Assembly (NCBI RefSeq): GCF_009914755.1
Contig: NC_060939.1
Direction: 5' to 3' (one strand)
DNA length: 64,000 bases
Origin: the human T2T-CHM13v2.0 reference genome, Homo sapiens
Part shown: one piece after another, positions 54,901 through 64,000 of the stretch
Numbering within the stretch: position 1 is the first letter of the stretch
Layout: each line of letters opens with the position of its first letter
Notes under the pieces: model-generated
What the model saw: the letters and a program-made list of their open reading frames with translations, nothing else
The model's database searches: none
What the model was told of the DNA's origin: nothing
Translations under genes and position numbers: made by a program

Positions 54901-57900
54901 CCTGGTCTCTGCCTACTGTGGACATTGTGACATATCTCTGCACTGATCTCCCAGGTGCTGTAACTTTAGTCTAGGCTCTGGCTACACGGCATTGTGACAT
55001 ATCACTGCACTGATCACCCAGGAGATATAACTCTTCTCTAGGATCTGACCACAGGGTGCTTTGTGACATATCCCTGCAATGATCACCCAGGTGATATACC
55101 ACTTGCCAAGGCTCTGCCTACAGGGGCATTGCAATGTATCTCTGCACTGATCACCTAGGTCTTGTAGCTATTTTCTAGGATCTGTCTACAGGGTGCTTTG
55201 TGACGTGTCCCAGCAAGGATTACCCAGGTGATGTACCTCTCATCAAGGCTCTGCCTACAGGCACATTGTGATGTATCTCTGCACTGATCACCTAGGTCAT
55301 TTAACTTTTTTCTAGGCTCTACCTACGATGGCATTGTGACATATCTCTGCACTAATCATCCAAGTGATGTAACTGTTGTCTAGGATGTGCCTAAATTAAC
55401 TTTTTGACATAACCCTGTACTGATCATCCAGGTGATGGAGCTTTTGTCTAGGCTCTGCCTAAGGGGGAATTGTGACATATTTCTGCATTGATCACCCAGG
55501 TGGCGAACTCTTCTCTCGGGTCTGCCTATGGTGGCATTGTGAGACATCTCTGCACTGATAACCCAGGTGATGTAACTGTTGTGTAACCTCTGCCTACAGG
55601 GGAATTGTGAGAGATCTCGTCACTGATTACCCAAGTGATGTAACCGTTGTCTAGGCTTTGCATACAGGGGGCTTTGTGACATACATTTGCGCTGATCACC
55701 CAGGTGATGTAACACATCTAAGTTCGGCCTAAAGGAGCTTTGTGACATATCTCTGCACTGATCACTTAGGTGATGTAACACTTTTATAATCACTGCCTAC
55801 AGGGAATTTTGACAAACCTCTGCACTGATCACCTAGGTGATGTAACTCTTGTCTACCCTCTGTGCAACGGGGCCTTGTGAAATATCTCTGCACTGATCAC
55901 CCAGGTGATTCAACTCTTGACTAGGAACTGCCTACAGAGGTTATTGTGAAATATCTCTGCACTGATAAACTAGGTGGTGTAAACATTGTCCAAGCTCTGC
56001 CTACAGGGTCGTTTCCACATATCCCTGAACTGATGACAAAGGTGATGTAACTCTTGCCTAGGCTTTGCCTACAGGGAACATTGGACATATAAATGCACTG
56101 ATCACCCAGGTGATGCAACACTTGCCTAGGCTTTGCCTACAGGGGACATCGTGACATATCTCTTCAATGATCACTCATGTGATGCATCTCTTGCCTAGGC
56201 TTTGCCTACAGGGGACATTGTGACATATCTCTGCACTGATCTCCCAGGTGCTGTAACTTTAGTCTAGGCTCTGGCTACACGGCATTGTGACATATCAATG
56301 CACTGATCAACCAGGTGATATAACTCTTTTATAGGTTTCTGCCTACAGGGGGATTGTGAACTACCACTGCACTGATCACCCAGGTGATATAACTCTTCTC
56401 TAGGATCTGCCTACAGGGTACTTTGTGACATATCCCTGCACTGATCACCCAGGTGATCTAACTCTGGTCTAAGCTCTGCCTAAAGGGGCATTGTGACAGG
56501 TGTCTGCACTGATCACTCTGGTGATGTAAGTATTGTCTAGGCTCTGCTTCAAGGGGCTTTGTCACATATCTCTGCACTGATCACCCAGGTGATGTAACTC
56601 TTGTCTAGGCTCTGCTTCCAGGGCATATTGTGACATATCTATGCACTGATCACCTTAGTGATGTAACACTTTGGTAGGCTCGGCCTACAGGGGAATCTTG
56701 ACATATCTCTGCACTGTTAACCGAGGTGATTTAACTCTTGTCTAGGCTGTGCCCACAGGGGGATTGAGACATATCTCTGCACTGATCCCGAGGTGATACA
56801 ACTCTTGCCTGGTCTCTGCCTACTGTGAACATTGAGACATATCTCTGCACTGATCTCCCAGGTGCTGTAACTTTAGTCTAGGCTCTGGCTACACGTCATT
56901 GTGACATATCACAGAACTGATCACCCAGGCGATATAACTCTTCTCTAGGATCTGACCACAGGGTGCTTTGTGACATCTCCCTGCAATGATCACCCAGGTG
57001 ATATACCACTTGCCAAGGCTCTGCCTACAGGGGCATTGCAATGTATCTCTGCACTGATCACCTAGGTCTTGTAGCTATTTTCTAGGATCTGCCTACAGGG
57101 TGCTTTGTGACGTGTCCCAGCAAGGATTACCCAGGTGATGTACCTCTCATCAAGGCTCTGCCTACAGGCACATTGTGATGTATCTCTGCACTGATCACCT
57201 AGGTCATGTAACTTTTTCCTAGGCTCTACCTACGATGGCATTGTGACATATCTCTGCACTAATCATCCAAGTGATGTAACTCTTGTCTAGGATGTGCCTA
57301 AATTAACTTTTTGACATAACCCTGTACTGATCATCCAGGTGATGGAGCTTTTGTCTAGGCTCTGCCTAAGGGGGCATTGTGACATATTTCTGCATTGATC
57401 ACCCAGGTGGCGAACTCTTCTCTCGGATCTGCCTATGGGGGCATTGTGAGAAATCTCTGCACTGATCACCCAGGTGATGTAACTGTTGTGTAACCTCTGC
57501 CTACAGGGGAATTGTGAGAGATCTCGGCAATGATTACCCAAGGGATGTAACCGTTGTCTAGGCTTTGCATACAGGGGGCTTTGTGACATACCTTTGCAAT
57601 GATCACCCAGGTGATGTAACACATCTAAGTTCGGCCTAAAGGAGCTTTGTGACATATCTCTTCACTGATCACTTAGGTGATGTAACACTTTTATAATCAC
57701 TGCCTACAGGGAATTTTGACAAATCTCTGCACTGATCACCTAGGTGATGTAACACTTGTCTACCCTCTGTCCAACGGGGCATTGTGAAATATCTCTGCAC
57801 TGATCACCCAGGTGATTCAACTCTTGACTAGGAACTGCCTACAGAGGTTATTGTGAAATATCTCTGCACTGATAAACTAGGTGGTGTAAACGTTGTCCAA

Positions 57901-60900
57901 ACTCTGCCTACAGGGGCGTTTCCACATATCCCTGAACTGATGACAAAGGTGATGTAACTCTTGCCTAGGCTTTGCCTACAGGGAACATTGGACATATATC
58001 TGCACTGATCACCCAGGTGATGCAACTCTTGCCTTGGCTTTGCCTACAGGGGACATCGTGACATATCTCTTCAATGATCTCTCATGTGATGCATCTCTTG
58101 CCTAGGCTTTGCCTACTGGGGACATTGTGACATATCTCTGCACTGATCTCCCAGGTGCTGTAACTTTAGTCTAGGCTCTGGCTACACGGCATTGTGACAT
58201 ATCACTGCACTGATCAACCAGGTGATATAACTCTTGTATAGGCTCTGCCTACAGGGGGATTGTGACCTCCCTCTGCATTGATCACCCAGGTGATATAACT
58301 CTTCTCTAGGATCTGCTTACAGGGCACTTTGTGACATATCCTTGCACTGATCACCCAGGTGATCTAACTCTGGTCTAAGCTCTGCCAAAACGGGCATTGT
58401 GACAGATCTCTGCACTGATAACTCTGGTGATGTAAGTATTTTCTAGGCTCTGCTTCAAGGGGCCTTGTCACATATCTCTGCACTGATCACCCAGGTGATG
58501 TAACTCTTGTCTAGGCTCTGCTTCCAGGGCATATTGTGACATATCTATGCACTGATCACCTTAGTGATGTAACACTTTGGTAGGCTCGGCCTACAGGGGA
58601 ATCTTGACATATCTCTGCACTGTTAACCGAGGTGATTTAACTCTTGTCTAGGCTGTGCCCACAGGGGGATTGAGACATATCTCTGCACTGATCCCGAGGT
58701 GATACAACTCTTGCCTGGTCTCTGCCTACTGTGGACATTGTGACATATCTCTGCACTGATCTCCCAGGTGCTGTAACTTTAGTCTAGGCTCTGGCTATAC
58801 GGCATTGTGACATATCACTGCACTGATCACCCAGGCGATATAACTCTTCTCTAGGATCTGACCACAGGGTGCTTTGTGACATATCCCTGCAATGATCACC
58901 CAGGTGATATACCACTTGCCAAGGCTCTGCCTACAGGGGCATTGCAATGTATCTCTGCACTGATCACCTAGGTCTTGTAGCTATTTTCTAGGATCTGCCT
59001 ACAGGGTGCTTTGTGACGTGTCCCAGCAAGGATTACCCAGGTGATGTACCTCTCATCAAGGCTCTGCCTACAGGCACATTGTGATGTATCTCTGCACTGA
59101 TCACCTAGGTCATGCAAATTTTGTCTAGGCTCTACCTACGATGGCATTGTGACATATCTCTGCACTAATCATCCAAGTGATGTAACTCTTGTCTAGGATG
59201 TGCCTAAATTAACTTTTTGACATAACCCTGTACTGATCATCCAGGTGATGGAGCTTTTGTCTAGGCTCTGCCTAAGGGGGCATTGTGACATATTTCTGCA
59301 TTGATCACCCAGGTGGCGAACTCTTCTCTCGGATCTGCCTATGGGGGCATTGTGAGAAATCTCTGCACTGATCACCCAGGTGATGTAACTGTTGTGTAAC
59401 CTCTGCCTACAGGGGAATTGTGAGAGATCTCGTAACTGATTACCCAAGTGATGTAACCGTTGTCTAGGCTTTCCATACAGGGGGCCTTGTGACATACCTT
59501 TGCACTGATCACCCAGGTGATGTAACACAGCTAATTTCGGCCTAAAGGAGCTTTGTGACATATCTCTGCACTGATCACTTAGGTGATGTAACACTTTTAT
59601 AATCACTGCCTACAGGGAATTTTGACAAATCTCTGCACTGATCACCTAGGTGATGTAACTCTTGTCTACCCCCTGTACAACGGGGCATTGTGAAATATCT
59701 CTGCACTGATCACCCAGGTGATTCAACTCTTGACTAGGAACTGCCTACAGAGGTTATTGTGAAATATCTCTGCACTGATAAACTAGGTGGTGTAACCATT
59801 GTCCAAGCTCTGCCTACAGGGGCGTTTCCACATATCCCTGAACTGATGACAAAGGTGATGTAACTCTTGCCTAGGCTTTGCCTACAGGGAACATTGGACA
59901 TATATCTGCACTGATCACCCAGGTGATGCAACTCTTGCCTAGGCTTTGCCTACAGGGGACATTGTGACATATCTCTTCAATGATCACTCATGTGATGCAT
60001 CTCTTGCCTAGGCTTTGCCTACAGGGGACATTGTGACATATCTCTGCACTGATCTCCCAGTTGCTGTAACTTTAGTCTAGGCTCTGGCTACACGGCATTG
60101 TGACATATCACTGCACTGATCAACCAGGTGATATAACTCTTGTATAGTCTCTGCCTACAGGGGGATTTTGACCTACCTCTGCACTGATCACGCAGGTGAT
60201 ATAACTCTTCTCTAGGATCTTCCTACAGGGTACTTTGTGACATATCCCTGCACTGATCACCCAGGTGAACTATCTCTGGTCTAAGCTCTGCCTAAAGGGG
60301 CATTGTGACAGATCTCTGCACTGATCACTCAGGTGATGTAATTATTGTCTAGGCTCTGCTTCAAGGGGCCTTGTCACATATCTCTGCACTGATCACCCAG
60401 GTGATGTAACTCTTGTCTAGGCTCTGCTTCCAGGGCATATTGTGACATATCTATGCACTGATCACCTTAGTGATGTAACACTTTGGTAGGCTCGGCCTAC
60501 AGGGGAATCTTGACATATCTCTGCACTGTTAACCGAGGTGATTTAACTCTTGTCTAGGCTGTGCCCACAGGGGGATTGAGACATATCTCTGCAGTGATCC
60601 CGAGGTGATACAACTCTTGCCTGGTCTCTGCCTACTGTGGACATTGTGACATATCTCTGCACTGATCTCCCAGGTGCTGTAACTTTAGTCTAGGCTCTGG
60701 CTACACGGCATTGTGACATATCACTGCACTGATCACCCAGGCGATATAACACTTCTCTAGGTTCTGACCACAGGGTGCTTTGTGACATATCCCTGCAATG
60801 ATCACCCAGGTGATATACCACTTGCCAAGGCTCTGCCTACAGGGGCATTGCAATGTATCTCTGCACTGATCACCTAGGTCTTGTAGCTATTTTCTAGGAT

Positions 60901-63900
60901 CTGCCTACAGGGTGCTTTGTGACGTGTCCCAGCAAGGATTACCCAGGTGATGTACCTCTCATCAAGGCTCTGCCTACAGGCACATTGTGATGTATCTCTG
61001 CACTGATCACCTAGGTCATGTAACTATTTTCTAGGCTCTACCTACGATGGCATTGTGACATATCTCTGCACTAATCATCCAAGTGATGTAAATCTTGTCT
61101 AGGATGTGCCTAAATTAACTTTTTGACATAACCCTGTACTGATCATCCAGGTGATGGAGCCTTTGACTAGGCTCTACCTAAGGGGGCATTGTGACATATT
61201 TCTGCATTGATCACCCAGGTGGCGAACCCTTCTCTCGGATCTGCCTATGGGGGCATTGTGAGAAATCTCTGCACTGATAACCCAGGTGATGTAACTGTTG
61301 TGTAACCTCTGCCTACAGGGGAACTGTGAGAGATCTCGTCACTGATTACCCAAGTGATGTAACCGTTGTCTAGGCTTTGCATACAGGGGGCTTTGTGACA
61401 TACCTTTGCACTGATCACCCAGGTCATGTAACACATCTAAGTTCGGCCTATAGGAGCTTTGTGACATATCACTGCACTGATCACTTAGGTGATGTAACAC
61501 TTTTATAATCACTGCCTACAGGGAATTTTGACAAATCTCTGCACTGATCACCTAGGTGATGCAACTCTTGTCTACCCTCTGCCCAACGGGGCATTGTGAA
61601 ATATCTCTGCACTGATCACCCAGGTGATTCAACTCTTGACTAGGAACTGCCTACAGAGGTTATTGTGAAATATCTCTGCACTGATAAACTAGGTGGTGTA
61701 ACCCTTGTCCAAGCTCTGCCTACAGGGGCGTTTCCACACATCCCTGAACTAATGACAGAGGTGATGTAACTCTTGCCTAGGCTTTGCCTACAGGGAACAT
61801 TGGACATATATCTGCACTGATCACCCAGGTGATGCAACTCTTGCCTAGGCTTTGCCTACAGGGGACATTGGGACATATCTCTTCAATGATCACTCATGTG
61901 ATGCATCTCTTGCCTAGGCTTTGCCTACAGGGATATTGTGACATATCTCTGCACTGATCTCCCAGGTGCTGTAACTTTAGTGTAGGCTCTGGCTACACGG
62001 CATTGTGACATATCACTGCACTAATCAACCAGGTGATATAACTCTTGTATAGGCTCTGCGTACAGGGGGATTGTGACCTACCTCTGCACTGATCACCCAG
62101 GTGATATAACTCTTCTCTAGGATCTTCCTACAGGGTACTTTGTGACATATCCCTGCACTGATCACCCAGGTGATCTATCTCTGGTCTAAGCTCTGCCTAA
62201 AGGGGCATTGTGACAGATCTCTGCACTGATCACTCTGGTGATGTAAGTATTTTCTAGGCTCTGCTTCAAGGGGCCTTGTCACATATCTCTGCACTGATCA
62301 CCCAGGTGATGTAACTCTTGTCTAGGCTCTGCTTCCAGGGCATATTGTGACATATCTATGCACTGATCACCTTAGTGATGTAACACTTTGGTAGGCTCGG
62401 CCTACAGGGAATCTTGACATATCTCTGCACTGTTAACCGAGGTGATTTAACTCTTCTCTAGGCTGTGCCCACAGGGGGATTGAGACATATCTCTGCCCTG
62501 ATCCCGAGGTGATACAACTCTTGCCTGGTCTCTGCCTACTGTGGACATTGTGACATATCTCTGCACTGATCTCCCAGGTGCTGTAACTTTAGTCTAGGCT
62601 CTGGCTACATGGCATTGTGACATATCACTGCACTGATCACCCAGGCGATATAACACTTCTCTAGGATCTGACCACAGGGTGCTTTGTGACATATCCCTGC
62701 AATGATCACCCAGGTGATATACCACTTGCCAAGGCTCTGCCTACAGGGGCATTGCAATGTATCTCTGCACTGATCACCTAGGTCTTGTAGCTATTTTCTA
62801 GGATCTGCCTACAGGGTGCTTTGTGACGTGTCCCAGCAAGGATTACCCAGGTGATGTACCTCTCATCAAGGCTCTGCCTACAGGCACATTGTGATGTATC
62901 TCTGCACTGATCACCTAGGTCATGTAACTATTTTCTAGGCTCTACCTACAATGGCATTGTGACATATCTCTGCACTAATCATCCAAGTGATGTAACTCTT
63001 GTCTAGGATGTGCCTAAATTAACTTTTTGACATAACCCTGTACTGATCATCCAGGTGATGGAGCTTTTGTCTAGGCTCTGCCTAAGGGGGCATTGTGACA
63101 TATTTCTGCATTGATCACCCAGGTGGCGAACTCTTCTCTCGGATATGCCTATGGGGGCATTGTGAGAAATCTCTGCACTGATAACCCAGGTGATGTAACG
63201 GTTGTGTAACCTCTGCCTACAGGGGAACTGTGAGAGATCTCGTCACTGATTACCCAAGTGATGTAACCGTTGTCTAGGCTTTGCATACAGGGGGCTTTGT
63301 GACATACCTTCGCACTGATCACCCAGGTGATGTAACACATCTAAGTTCGGCCTAAAGGAGCTTTGAGACATATCTCTGCAGTGATCACTTAGGTGATGTA
63401 ACACTTTTATAATCACTGCCTACAGGGAATTTTGACAAATCTCTGCACTGATCACCTAGGTGATGTAACTCTTGTCTACCGTCTGTCCAACGGGGCATTG
63501 TGAAATATCTCTGCACTGATCACCCAGGTGATTCAACTCTTGACTAGGAACTGCCTACAGAGGTTATTGTGAAATATCTCTGCACTGATAAAATAGGTGG
63601 TGTAACCCTTGTCCAAGCTCTGCCTACAGGGGCGTTTCCACATATCCCTGAACTGATGACAGAGGTAATGTAACTCTTGCCTAGGCTTTGCCTACAGGGA
63701 ACATTGGACATATATCTGCACTGATCACCCAGGTGATGCAACTCTTGCCTTGGCTTTGCCTACAGGGGACATCGTGACATATCTCTTCAATGATCACTCA
63801 TGTGATGCATCTCTTGCCTAGGCTTTGCCTACAGGGGACATTGTGACATATCTCTGCACTGATCTCCCAGGTGCTGTAACTTTAGTCTAGGCTCTGGCTA

Positions 63901-64000
63901 CACGGCATTGTTACATATCACTGCACTGATCAACCAGGTGTTATAACTCTTGTATAGGCTCTGCCTACCGGGGGATTGTGACCTACCTCTGCACTGATCA
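36950..64000 (+). repeat. Right flank layer: more diverged 28-mer type HOR subfamily
   Basis: Spacings 1904-1907 outside the 27-mer run. Same diagnostic alleles as the left flank, with many unit-private substitutions. Confidence 0.87.
44287..53473 (+). repeat. Run of five 27-mer (1837-1838 bp) HORs
   Basis: Five consecutive spacings of 1837/1838. Shared junction CACGGCATTGTGACCTACC at 45191, 47028, 48866, 50703, 52541. Confidence 0.9.

Larger units (their letters stand above)
805..63003 (+). repeat. Higher-order repeat of ~1.9-2.0 kb (28/29 monomers), 34 complete marker-to-marker units
   Basis: Marker CTAGGATGTGCCTAAATTAAC (or a near variant) at 805, 2711, 4206, 6180, 8154, 10060, 12034, 13122, 15026, 17000, 18906, 20812, 21900, 23805, 25779, 27752, 29725, 30813, 32718, 34692, 36665, 38571, 40477, 42383, 44287, 46124, 47962, 49799, 51637, 53474, 55380, 57287, 59193, 61099, 63003. 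All spacings are near multiples of 68. Confidence 0.95.
1..64000 (+). repeat. Beta satellite (68-bp Sau3A/BSR) tandem array, about 940 monomers, head-to-tail, running off both window ends
   Basis: CTGCACTGATCACCCAGGTGATGTAACTCTTGTCTAGGCTCTGCCTACAGGGGCATTGTGACATATCT recurs every 66-69 bp throughout, with a GATC (Sau3A) site in most monomers. The family assignment is from my recollection of the beta satellite consensus, not a database search. Confidence 0.96.

Noticed and set aside
805-63741. About 80 short minus-strand ORFs (60-150 aa) with recurring HHLGDQC / ITWVISA motifs resembling a Cys/His metal-binding repeat protein
   Set aside because: They are translations of the 68-bp monomer, which cycles through reading frames because 68 is not a multiple of 3. 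They recur at the HOR period, are freely broken by stops and frameshifts between copies, and have no gene context. The strand bias reflects TGA/TAA/TAG in the plus-strand consensus.
1-64000. CRISPR-like look: a conserved, partly palindromic ~25-30 bp core alternating with more variable sequence at ~68-bp period
   Set aside because: The would-be spacers are homologous to each other and repeat with the HOR, the core itself is degenerate, and there is no leader or cas gene.
1-64000. Alpha satellite / functional centromere
   Set aside because: The monomer is 68 bp rather than 171 bp, I saw no CENP-B box, and the sequence does not resemble alphoid DNA.

Overview
The whole 64 kb window is one uninterrupted, single-orientation tandem array of ~68-bp monomers (consensus GATCACCCAGGTGATGTAACTCTTGTCTAGGCTCTGCCTACAGGGGCATTGTGACATATCTCTGCACT). 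I recognise this as primate (human/great ape) beta satellite (Sau3A 68-bp / BSR family). I found no genes, RNA genes, transposons or CRISPR; the ORFs are artefacts of the repeat. The monomers are organised as a ~1.9-2.0 kb higher-order repeat (HOR). A once-per-HOR marker (CTAGGATGTGCCTAAATTAACTTTTTGAC) occurs 35 times, and its spacing gives 29-mer (1973-1974 bp), 28-mer (1904-1907 bp), 27-mer (1837-1838 bp), 22-mer (1495 bp) and 16-mer (1088 bp) units. The array is layered: a homogeneous 29-mer subfamily (~4.95-36.9 kb) with ~8.8-8.9 kb five-HOR super-repeats sits between more diverged 28-mer flanks, and the right flank contains a run of five 27-mers. The interest is in satellite architecture and evolution. 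I see no evidence of a new protein-coding system. All comparisons were made by eye, so boundaries are approximate.
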